The position numbers were made by a program, and so were the translations under genes. The notes under the pieces were generated by a model. The model saw nothing but the letters and a program-made list of their open reading frames with translations. It had not been told where the DNA came from and ran no database searches. From positions 2,790,001 through 2,854,000 of the forward strand of contig OU015567.1 of the NCBI GenBank assembly GCA_907165135.1: a stretch of 64,000 nucleotides of DNA. The letters run 5' to 3'. Each line of letters opens with the position of its first letter. The stretch's first letter is position 1. This document shows, piece after piece, positions 34,727 through 46,400 of the stretch. Source of the stretch: Oikopleura dioica. Lineage: Eukaryota > Animalia > Chordata.

Positions 34727-36848
34727 TTACTTCTGATCGGCTTCTGTGTTGGAGTTTGCAATGACAGTATTACTAGCGGTCAGTTCTGTTGGAGTTTCGG
34801 AGGTTTTTGGAATGTTTCGCATTTTTTTGAGAGGATTGATTTTGAGCACAATTAACATCACGTAGAGAGTCGAGTGGTCTCCGTTTGCCCAAGTCGCCGT
34901 TTGCCCAAGTCGCCGTCTGCCCAAGTCGCAGTTTGCCCAACTTGGGCAGACGGAGATCTTAGGCAAACGGCGATGTGATTTTTTTTTCAATTGATTGATC
35001 ATAAAATGATAGAAGTAAGGCGACAATTTCATTATCATCACTGAGTCTGCTGACTCCGTGGGCGGCGATCCTTGACAAGACCACCACAATTTTCATTGTT
35101 TTTCAATAGTTGTATCCGATTTTCGAATAAATTCTCATAACACAGCATAATCAGAGAGAGACGAAATGAAAAAAAAACAGTATCGTGGACTCTAAGGGAG
35201 CTTTCCGAATTATGACATCGTTTACATTGATAACGAAGTGCCTTCGTAACTGATGGTTTAATTATGAGAGTCGCTAAATTCTCAATCAAAGTCCTAATAA
35301 ATTATTCTCGTAAGAGTTTATCAAGAAGAAAAAAGGCTCCGGTTTACTGAGACGGGATCGGATTCGGTTGTGATTAGATTGTGCATTTGATGTTTGTAAA
35401 ACAAGCCTGAGTACTCCTCTTCGCTAAGAGAAGGTTTGGGAAGAGTTTCATCAGTTTTCCCCTTTTTCTCTTTTTCTCAATTCTCACAATGACTGATTTC
35501 CCTCAGTTTCAATCAGAAACAACTCCAAAAATAGAACGAACCGAAAATGAATCACAAGAAACAGCAATATGGGAAACCATCAATTCAACCAAGTTCGGAT
35601 TAGCGCTTGTGAGGACTCGGCGCATCCATCGTTCCCTCAATCTGTAGCCCTCGGACGTAAAACTAGCGATTTAACTTTACCACCAGGGCCGTTGATTCTG
35701 GGTCCTTTCGGATTACCTGCGACCAAAAAATGCCATTAAGGTGTCTATTAATCTCACAAAAATATTTTCACCTATTATAATCATCCCGAGTAATCTCCCC
35801 GCAACAGTTTTTGGACTTTGGATTAAGTTGATCACTTCATGGCGTATCCTTTGCGCCTTCTGAAACCTTGAATTAATTTCTTAATTGAATTATGATTATA
35901 TTTTCAATTTGATCGCCGTTTGCCCAAGTCTCCGTCTGCCCAAGTTGGGCAAACGGCGATCTTGGGCAGACGGCGACTTGGGCAAACGGCGACTTGGGCA
36001 AACGGAGACCACTCAGAGAGTCAGCACGATTCCCAAAACAGCGAGGGTTATCTGAAAATAAGAGGACTGAAGCGCACGAATAAACAGCTACCTGAGTGAC
36101 AGAGAGGATCCCAGCGGTTTCGAAGAATCGCCAGCCATCGCAGTTTTCGAGATTTGGAGTTTCGAACGTTTCATTTTTAGCCCTGGCTTCAAGGTATTCT
36201 TTGTTGATATCATTTGCCACTTTGTAGCATTTGTCCGATAACGAAGATAGCGTTGTTGAATCTAAAAGGAGTTTGTGATTATTATTTTTTGTCTCTCTAG
36301 TTTACCAAGTGCTTCAGAAGGACTCAGTTTGCTGGAGCTTATCTCCGGCAGCGTCATATTTAGCTGGGTCGCCATGTTTGACCAGTACGTATTTCTGCTC
36401 GAATATGCCGAGGAAAGTTCCTGGAATTCGGCGACAATGTCTGTCAATAACAAAGCCAAGACGATGATGTCGCCAATTGCGAAACATGACATGAGAACGT
36501 AAAGATGTAATCGCGACCTTTTGTCGGTTTTCAAATAGATATTCTTAAAGCCTTTCTTAAAAAAAAGATTAAGATTTAAACCGTTCCTGGAAGCAATCAT
36601 GCCAAGACCGCCGACAAAGATTAAGGATCCACCAGCCACAACGCTCGCGATTCCGTTCTTTACTGTCAGATATCGTAAAAGGGATGAAATCGCGATTTCA
36701 ACAACTCCAAGGCCCGTTATTATGAGACCCAAACTGGCCATTCCTTGAATGTTAAAAATGAAAATTTCTCAGTTTTACTGATCTTCTTACCAAGCCCAGC
36801 TACTGATGTTCTTCTATGATTTAGCTTCACTTTTGTTTCTTCTGACAT
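34727..36848 (-). CDS. Four-TM (tetraspanin-like topology) membrane protein; last exon interrupted by a transposon
   Basis: Exon 1 36848-36791 (MSEETKVKLNHRRTSVAGL), 47-nt intron, three hydrophobic helices, Cys-containing loop, 40-nt intron 36091-36052, then ITLAVLGIVLTL|insertion|YVMLIVLKINPL...ADQK*. Confidence 0.68.
34872..36014. mobile_element. 1143-bp foldback/MULE-like element with ~100-bp modular TIRs
   Basis: TIRs at 34872-~34975 and ~35912-36014 are built from a 16-bp unit TTGCCCAAGTCGCCGT; 8-bp TSD AGAGAGTC at 34864-34871 and 36015-36022. Confidence 0.9.
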
Positions 36849-36940
36849 TTTCTCTTGCTTTTTCGATAAAGATTTGTTTGCTAATAAAAAAGTTTTCTTA
36901 TGTCTTTTTCCGAGTAAAAAGCGAAACTAGCTTTTTTATA

Positions 36941-37397
36941 ATGGCTAAAGGAGGTAATTTTCGCCCGCGGCCGATGCGCTCTGCCAGTTTCTGCTTGAAA
37001 AAGAGTGTTGAGAAGGTGCTTGAATCATCGACTGGGTTTATTCAGCGTCCCGGACCGGTTAAAAATTTAAGCATTTTGGTGGAAATTGATCTGATTCACG
37101 AATGATGGTGTTTTTAAATGAGAAAAATAGAGCCATTTAGGTTAATTTATAAAAAAGTATACATTTCAATATTTCGCCGGTGGATTGCAGAAAAATGAGG
37201 CCGAACTCGCTGCTATCAAATTCAAGAAAGCACTCGAAGCTGCCAAAGATGCTCCCAAGTCAGTACTTGCTGCCTCTCTTCTTGAGGAGGTAGTTTCTGT
37301 GCCTGAAGCTGCCATGAAACAATGTACCAAGAAAATCTGCCAAGAAATTATGTTTAAGGGTACTACCTTCGATTTCCCCAACTTTAGCCTAGAATAA
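36941..37397 (+). CDS. Possible small gene divergent from the four-TM gene
   Basis: ATG 36941 and a coding-like segment 37185-37397 (NEAELAAIKFKKALEAAKDAPK...); exon joins not resolved. Confidence 0.28.
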
Positions 37398-38429
37398 CCC
37401 TTAACGTGGCATGGATAGCGGGTATCATATGGCCTCTAAAAGTTAAACTATCTTAGATCTTTAATCTGTCAGAGGCGTTTTTGAATAGCTCAATGAAAAG
37501 TCGGCTAATTTCTAGCTTAAAAATATCATTGTTGCAAAAATAGATTGAATAAACGGCGAAATAGCTCGAAAAGTAGCTTGAAAACTCTGCCTGATTTTAT
37601 TTTTTATGTGTAAATTGAACCTTCATCTTAAAAATGACAGAAGGTTTTCTTGATTGAAAAAGGAAAAATACCAAAATTTATTTTTTGAAAATTGTGTCTC
37701 TATGATTTTGCTAAAATTGAGCATTTTTCAAAATTTGGCGACGCATTTTTGTCTCTAGAAGCTAAAATATCTAGGTATCTTAGTTCAAGAATTTATGAGC
37801 TCACCATAATCCTCATCTTGTTCTAAGCTTCAAAACGAGCCCTTATTTGAAGGAATCGGACACCAAAAATTTTTTCGGAAAAAATTCTTTCTAGTACAGA
37901 AATCAATTAAAATACCAAAAGAATTCTTATTATTATGAAAACGCTTGACGTTATGAATGAAACGTTCGGACCTTTTTTGGTCAAAATTTTTGAGGAATTG
38001 ATTTCCGATGAAAAATTTAACATAACCGGTCATTGGGGTAATCGACGGTAGTACCCTTAAATTCTGGAAATGATGTATGTTTCGAAACGGTTCAATACAA
38101 TTATGGTTAGAATTTATATCCACGCCGCCTTATCACTTTTGTCGTTAATTTCTGCATTTCCCTAATCACCCACGTCGCCGCTCGTCACCCGCCGCAGGGG
38201 CCAACACCTGACCTAACTCAGACCACAACTCACAAATAATATTTCAAAAAAGAGCATCCTCATTTAATCAAGCCAAAAAACAGTAACTGTCATCGCATTT
38301 TAAAACGAGAGAAAAAAAAAGTGCCACTTGACTGCTCCTCTTTTCAGCGAAATCTGTCACTGTGTGCCCAAAGCAGCAGCAGCTTTTTTTTGCAATTGAC
38401 GTTTATTCAAAGAGAAAATTTGTCGGACG

Positions 38430-40327
38430 ATGAGAAGTTGGGCGATTTTCGCGAGTTTGATAGCTTTGATATCGGCTGAACAAGGACTTGAGTTTCCAGT
38501 TCATGATGGAAAAGATAGAATTATCAATTTGAGGTAAAATATACTTGCCTTTTCCAAATTAAAAATTGAACATTTTTTTCTTACCAATACGTTTTTAGCA
38601 AAAAGAATTTCGACCGATTCACGAAGAAATATGAAATCCTCGTTGTTTATTTTTATTCTCCTCCAAGGAACGGATTGAAAGAAAATAAATGACTGACCAT
38701 AATTAATTATTTTAATTATCAACCCCATTTTTATTTTACGACCTTTTATTGAATTAGAAGATGAAGCGAAAAGAAAAATAGGCCAACAAAAGTCTATCGA
38801 GTTTAATCCTCAATCTATAAAAAAGCAATTCTGCTGAAGAAACAAACTGGCAGTTGACTGAGCGAATGCTTGAACTATCCGCCCAGATCGTTGAACGCGA
38901 AGGTGTCGGGATTGGAGTTGTTGACTTGTCGAAAGATAAGAAATTGGCGAAGAAACTTCAGATCTTTGAGATCGGTGCGATCTGGTGCTTTCATCGAGGA
39001 CATGAAGTGGAATTCAATGGCCAGAGATCTGCCGACGTTTTGGTCGAGTTTTTGCTCGAACTTGATGAGTATCCAGTCGAAGACATTAATAATAAAAAGG
39101 TTTTTTTCATGAATATCCAAACTCTAAAAATTAACACCGTAATGATGAGATTTATTTCACAATATCGATTTTTATTTTCGATTATTCAATGAATTCGTTA
39201 ATTTTAGCATAGAAAGACAGTCATCTGCGAACAGAGTGCTATCATATTGCCCGAGTTATACTTAATGAATATTTCTAAGGAGCTTGATGCTTTTCTTCGA
39301 GATGACTCCGCAAAAGTCGTCAGCTACATTGACACAAAGAAATCTGTCGCCTATGACGAGTTCGTCGACGCTGCCCTCGATTTTGTCCCTCTCATCTCTT
39401 TCTACACAGTTTCAAACAAGCAGCTCGCGAAGAGTTTGGGAATGAAAACTGTCGGGTAATTTTTCTTATGAGAAATACTTTCTGAAGGGCTTTTTATTCA
39501 GCGAAGTTCAATTTTACGAGCCATTTATGAACAAAGGCATTCCTATGGAAGGAGAGCCACCACATGACAACATCGATTTGGAAGCTTTTATCGCTCGACA
39601 CAAACGAGCAACTCTCCGACAACTCACCAAGTAAGTCGAATTATGAAGAGCTTCGCCATCATTTCAGGCTGAACATGTACGAAGTCTGGGAAGACGAAAT
39701 CAACGGTATCCACATCGTCGCTTTCTCCGATGACGAAGATCCAGAAGGCTACGAATTCTCTCAAAACCTCAAGGCAGCTGCTCAAATTCATACCGACAAT
39801 GAGGAGCTTTCAATCGTCTGGATCGACCCTGATGAATTCCCACTGGTAAGATAGTCTTCCTATTCAGCTATAAGACTGTATTTAGATGCATGAGTACTGG
39901 GAGCGAACTTTTGGAATCGACCTCAAGGAGCCACAGATTGGAATCGTCAATGTTACAGATGCTGATTCTGTCTGGGTAAATGTTCATTTTGGCCTGCATT
40001 TTTTGAAAATTTTTTGCAAGATGGAGATGCGAAATACACGATGCCCAACTGTAGAAGAGCTGGATAAGTGGATCGTTGATGTTCTCGAGGGTCGAATCTC
40101 GACGGAAAATGATGACAAAGATTTCGATCTGAATTATTATGATGAAGATGATGACGATGACGACGACGATGAAGATGACAACGATGATGATGACGACGAT
40201 GATGGTAAGCGATTTTGAATTTCTAAGAAGGCAAAATTTCAAATTTAAAGATTCCGCGGAAGATGAAGATGATGCCGATGCCGACGACGATGATGATGAT
40301 GATGATGACGAAAAAGATGAGCTCTAG
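38430..40327 (+). CDS. CASQ: Calsequestrin with poly-Asp tail and C-terminal KDEL
   Basis: Signal peptide then [18 protein letters not shown]; [19 protein letters not shown]; [18 protein letters not shown]; [23 protein letters not shown]; [12 protein letters not shown]; [27 protein letters not shown]; [10 protein letters not shown]. Confidence 0.94.
40139..40310 (+). repeat. (GAY)n poly-Asp coding microsatellite split by a 46-nt intron
   Basis: GAT/GAC runs on both sides of intron 40205-40250. Confidence 0.85.
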
Positions 40328-40438
40328 AAACCTGCGATTCTTCAAAATAATCATCAATTTGCCTGCTTATCAACCAATCCTGTAAAAATAAAATCACAGA
40401 TTCAGATAGATATTTTATTCTTTATACAGTATGAAACA

Positions 40439-41911
40439 TTACTTGCGCCCTCGGACGGGAGCGATAATTCGCCTGGCGGTGGTCTAAAAGGTTAAATGTG
40501 AGTTGGTGAAATTTTCCGATGTCAAAAATTTCTCGCATAAAAATCTCTACAGTTAGTTTTTCATTCCCTTCCAAAGTTACATGCTAACCTTGGATGCGCG
40601 CAACTGCACTGGTAATGTCTTGCAGTAAAGTTCCAATAGAATCTCCTCCTCGTAGACTTAAAAAAGGTTGAAAATAGGCTTGAGGAGGGGTTGATTTACT
40701 CGTTTATTGTGTCGATGATGACCGGGATAGACGGATCATCGTGAAGGTCCATGAGATCGACGAAAATTTCAGCGACATAATCCCATTTTGGCCGGAAGTC
40801 TTCAGAAAATTTCAAGTTTCTAAAGGAGTTTTTTATTCGACAAAATACGTAACGAAAGGCGAGACTTTATTTGTGTCCTAATTTTTCGAGAAGAAAATCC
40901 TCGAAAATAATAATTAAAACATTATATTCGACTAAAGAATAGTTTATTTTATGGTTTTTAATTCAGGACTTTTACCTTAATTCCCCAGTTCCACTATGCA
41001 ACTGCGGAATAATCGAAAGTAAATCTTCTAGAGCCTCCTCAGTCGGCGAAATCATCGTCATTTCCCCATCTTCCTCTTTTCTCTCGCTCATTTCGGTCTT
41101 GAAGTTTGGTTATGAAAAGAATCTGAAGAGCGGCTTACCTTTCTCTCCTCTGGAATTTTACTTGAGACTTCTGACGCGTCAGAGTTGGAATTTCTTTCAA
41201 TCGAGCTCACGCTTCTTCTTTGACTTGGCGCCTCTTTCTTTTGCGAAAATTGAAAGATCAAATTCGACACGTGATTCTTCTCAAGTAGAGCATCGGGGGT
41301 AGCTCGCACCTCGCTTACTTTTGCCGGGATAACGCCTTGGTATAAATAAGAACGAGTTTTTAAAGGGCTTAATTTACCTTGAAGCTTCGTGTCGTAATAA
41401 TTTGCTTGTTGAAGAACCGAAACTGAGGATCGGTGGTTTGGAACTTTTAGTTCTTCCTTTTTCTTTTGAGATGGAAGAATGGTTGGACAGGAACTTCTTG
41501 GCGCGGGAGTGGGATTTTGAATGCTACTGTTGGTTTGCTCTCTTCCGGATCATTCGACGGTTTTCTCACAATTTGCATCGATGGTCTCTTTCTGGGCGCA
41601 TTTTCGCTTTCTTGAGTCTCAGCAAACGAGTTATCCAGGTCGAATTCTGATTCTGTTCCCGGAGATCGCATCGGAATTTCAGCTTCTTTCTCTATTTTCT
41701 CTTCATGTTTCTCGGAGAGCTCTTTTTCTGTGTCAGCTTTCGAAACTTCTTCTTTCGAGACTTTTTCTTCTGCAGGTGGAAAGAAAGCTGGAATGTTCTC
41801 TTTTTCTTTTGGAGATCTGAAACTTTTTCGTGAGAGAAAAGTTTGATTGTAGCTGATCCGCGCATTATGAGCTTTGTTTTTATGCTTTTTGTGTCCCGGA
41901 ATATCATTCAA
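40439..41911 (-). CDS. Multi-exon protein of unknown function (charged N-terminal part, small helical C-terminal domain)
   Basis: ORF 41911-41447 plus exons EEALEDLLSIIPQL, WDYVAEIFVDLMDL, EILLELYCKTLPVQLRASK and TTARRIIAPVRGRK* with GT-AG flanks; some joins uncertain. Confidence 0.45.
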
Positions 41912-42213
41912 GCTCAGCCAAAAATTGATGATCTTGAATAAGAAACACTTTCAACAGCTTTAAACTTACTTTATGAAGCCCCATATTTTTGACTTTTCAA
42001 GTTTTTCGAAAGTTTTTCTAATTATTAAAACCATTCTTTCCTCTTTTTACATCGTTATTTATCGATAGCGTCGCTTCTCTTGACAAAATAAATCAATTTT
42101 GATGTATTAAACATATCAAATCGCAAATTTGAGTTTACGAGTCGCGATGCGCAATAAATATTTTTGATGTTATGAGCATTAGAAGCTAAAAAGTCAAAGA
42201 AAGGAGAGAAAAC

Positions 42214-42595
42214 TTACTTTATCAAACTCGGGTCATGATTTTCCATGAGCATGATTATCGTCTCATAATTTCTATCCCTTGCGATCGTGAGCGACGTATC
42301 TCCATTTGAGTTTTCGATGCTCGGATCAGCGCCAGACTTTAACAACTGCTGCACGGCTCTGACTTGTCCCCAATAAACAGCATGATGCAAAGGCGTTCCA
42401 TCGAACAGGCCTCCAGAACAGTTCACCTCCGCTCCTTTTCGGCACAAATATCTAATGACTTTCGCTTGTCCGTGTTCCGCAGCTTTGTGGAGAGCCGACC
42501 AGCCAGTTTTTCCACGTCCATTTATTTCCGCTTTCTCCGACTCGACAAGTCTAATGACCTCGGAAAGGTCGCCAGATGCCGATGCTCGTCGTAAA
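42214..42595 (-). CDS. Small ankyrin-repeat protein (5' exon unresolved)
   Basis: LRRASASGDLSEVIRLV, GWSALHKAAEHGQAKVIRYL, GTPLHHAVYWGQVRAVQQLLKSGADP and GDTSLTIA. Confidence 0.82.
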
Positions 42596-43437
42596 CTGAC
42601 TGAAAGAAGATTTTTTGTACGAAAATTTTCCGAAAATTGGCACTTTTGATTCTTTTGATTGATAAAATTTAACCACAGAAATAATTCAAGAAAAAACTCA
42701 AAAGTAAAAAGATGGAAAATCGTTTATGGTTCTCTTCTTGGTTATCCTCGAATTCAAAATATCTTTAAAATTTCTGAATGACTAAATTTCGATAAAATAA
42801 AAGTCTAAACCTTGCAGATGAAGATTGCTGCTCATCCTCTATTCTTCCTTTCTCAATTCTCTCTCATTTCGATAAAATATCTCCCTTTTCCGATTTCAAA
42901 CGGACTATTACGTCTCCTGATTCTCTAAAGGGGTGATTACGAGCCTTAAACGTATGACGAACCGCGGTCAGGTTCATTAAAAACGCTCACCAGAGCACAT
43001 CCGCAACATTTTATGACCTATCCTCTCGCCGCAAATTGTTTCTTTCGAATCTATCAAATATCTGATTTCAAAAGAGTTCGAAACTTGGCGGTAAATCAAG
43101 TGTTTAATTTTACTTTGAATCTGAGCGAACGGGACAAAAGGGAGGGAATTGTTCGCAAACAAGAAAAAGAAAAAAATCTTCAAAAGCGGGCTTGGAGCCT
43201 TGTTTCTTATCATGTGACTGTCAGACTTTTTGGCTCGACCTTCTAGCGGCTTCCATTGACGTGAAATTGTGTCCATAAAAACGTGGAGAGCCCGGTAAAT
43301 TTTCGGCTTATGGAAATCTCTGAGCCGGGCTTGTTTGTCAAATCGCGCTTTTGTAGCTGTCAGATTTTTGGGTTTCGATAACTCTTGCCGCTATAAAATG
43401 AGGATGAAAATGAAGGCACAAGCGGCAGTGACGAAAA

Positions 43438-46400
43438 ATGAAACTAGCATTTTTGTTGCTGACGGTCGGTCACATAGCTGGCAGTTCAGTCGACTATTGC
43501 CACCGACTCGGTTGCGCGGCGGGATGCAGCTGTCTTCTAGAGAAAGAGAACGACGCTGGAAAAATCAACTTCGACCAGTGCCAGTGTACGGATCAAACTT
43601 GTGAAGAAAGCTGCGACTCGCCGCTAGAATGCGTTGGAACGTTTGATAAAAGCGAAACAGTCAGACAAATCTGCCATTGTCCGGCTGGAACGAAACCGGT
43701 TTCACGATTCAGGTAATTTCCTTTTTTCATCATTATTTAATTCCTTTCCCTTTGAGAAAACTAATCTTTGCAAAACTTGATTTCAAAATTATTATAGTGC
43801 GTGGAGTTTTCAATTCAAAACTCACTGCGAAGAAATCAACGAATGCGAGGAAGAGCTGGACGACTGCGGTCTTGACGAAGAATGCATCGATCTTCCCTCT
43901 TCGGAAGGACTTTTCCGGTGCGCTCCAGAGTCGAGCCTTCTGGGAGAAAGAAACAACCGGCCGAACTGGATGAGAAGCGGTGGAGGCAAGCGTGACTGCG
44001 AAGCTCTTGATTGCGGCTCACACGGTCTCGAGTGTGCCTGTGACGTCATGAAGGATAAGTTCGACGTCGGGCGGATTGATTACACCAGCTGCCAGTGCTC
44101 AGATTTCGGATGCGAGTCCAATCCGAAGAAGTGCACTGATCCTCTTGTCTGTCAGACAATTTACGCGAATGGTCGGATCAGAAATCGCTGCGACTGTCCG
44201 CGTGGGTACAAAAGAGACAGTGCTTTCGATTGGAAGACGTTTAAGATGGTCTCGACTTGCAAAGCCTACAATGAATGCGAATTCAAAGTTCACAACTGCA
44301 AGGAAGACCAAGAATGCATTAATCTGTCTCCTGCCGAGGGCGGTTTCCGCTGCAACTCTGCGCTGACAACAACTGAGCCCAAAGTGACGGAAGACTCACC
44401 AGATGCTGATCACTGCGGAATTCTCAATTGCGCTGGCGAATGTTCTTGTCTCTCAACTACGAATGAACAAGAAGGATGGAAAATCAACAATCACATTTGC
44501 GAATGCCTCGATGAGTCCTTCGAGTCCCTAGTTCAAGACTGTACTGCTCCTCTTGTCAAAAGATACCATCATGACAGCTTCGGACGAGTCAAGTCCGTGT
44601 GTACCTGCACTGATGGAATGACTCCAACGACGTCTTTCAGCCTCGTCACATTTTCTATAGTCACCACTTGTGGGGAGATGAACGAGTGCAAAAAAGCAGA
44701 TGACAATAAGTGCGGGCCGAATTCGGAATGCGTAAATGTTGACAGTGGAACTTCACTGATGGGAATCGGATACGACTGTGAGTGCTCGAACGGTTATGAA
44801 CGGGACCCCATGAATTGGTTTGCGTGTAACAAAATAACGACAACCACAACCACAACAACAAGCACAACTACAAAAGAACTGACAACTGAAGAAATCACGA
44901 CAACGAGTACAACCTCCACTAAGAAATCGACAACAACTACAACGTCAACCACTAAGTCATCCACAACAACAAGCACGACAACAACATCTACCACTACAAC
45001 ATCAACCACAACCACAACCACAACATCTACAACGACTACCAGTACGACTAGCACAACAACAACTTCCACAACAACGACCTCTACAACCACATCTACGACA
45101 ACGACTTCAAAGGACTTAACTCTACCAACAGAGCACTGCGAAATTCTTAATTGTTCCGGTGATGCCACAAGTAACGTCGAGACATTCAGCGCTTGCGAGT
45201 GTCTCCTGGGTAACAGCGAAGATGGCAGTGTTTTGTTCTTGACAAATAAATGCCGGTGCAATACAGATCTCGTATCAAAAACGAGCTGTCCTAGTGGCAT
45301 GGTCCCAAGACATTTTTTCTCGGATACTGGAAGCAGAGAAAATTGCGCATGTCCTTCTGGTCAAGAAATGAAGATGGAATTCAACCTGTCGACTTTTATA
45401 TTTGATCAATCATGCGTTGAATTGAATGAATGCGAAAAAGGAGTTCATAATTGTAAAGAAGAGCAAATCTGTATCAATCGTAATTCTAGTCAGGTTGTTG
45501 GTGAGCTTGGGTACACGTGTTCCACCATAACGACGACATCAACTACTTCTACTAAGACATCAAGCACAACAACTTCAACAACATCTACCACATCATCTAC
45601 TACAACAACCACTACCACGACAACAACGCCTACAACTACAACAACCACTACCACGACAACAACGCCTACAACTACAACAACGTCTACAACTACAACAACG
45701 TCTACAACTACAACCACAAGCACAACGACCACAACAACGACAACGACAACAACATCCACGACAACGACAACCACAAGCACTACGACCACAACAACAACAA
45801 CAACAACTACGACCACATCAGCCACAACAACTACAACAACGACAACGACTATGACGACAACAACAACTACAACTACGACAACCACTACAACGACAACAAC
45901 AACGACTCCTCTCAGATGCTCTCCTACTGATTGTACTTGTGATTACGGCTTCATTCCAACAGAGGATGGATTTTGCGATGTTCCCGTCTATGACGATCTC
46001 GTTAGCCAGGGGTTCTCAGATACAGAAATTATTTGCCAAGGTTCATTCATCGAAAGCTCTGGCGAAGGTTCAGGATCTGGTGAGGGTTCTGGCGAGTCCT
46101 ATGAAGTTGAAATTGACCTTTCTCAGTGCTTCGCTAGAATAAATGCGACTTGTGATTTCTCTTGCTCGGGAGATAAAGTCTGCGTAAACTATTTTGAAGG
46201 AGATATTCTTGACTCTCTTGAAAGGAGTCATCAATCAGTCTGTAAATGCCCACTTGGTGAAGATGATCTCGGGGACACATGTGGAGAAGTTATTGAAACA
46301 ACCATTGTATTGGCTAGATTTAGTGTGTCAATGGACGAATCATACGACGATTCGTTGGACGGATCTCTTTTCAAAACACCTTGGGAAACATGTGATGAGG

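Noticed and set aside
34872-34975. 16-bp repeat array (and its mirror at 35912-36014) as a CRISPR-like array
   Set aside because: Units abut with no unique spacers, the two arrays are inverted copies flanked by an 8-bp TSD, and the context is eukaryotic; they are transposon TIRs.
37830-38123. 97-aa minus-strand ORF upstream of calsequestrin
   Set aside because: AT-rich, no recognisable motif, no supporting splice or repeat boundaries.
40439-40800. Resemblance of LLELYCKTLPVQLR to the CENP-T histone-fold C-terminus
   Set aside because: The preceding helices lack the FAxHAGRKTV-type signature; the similarity is too short to support a call without a profile search.
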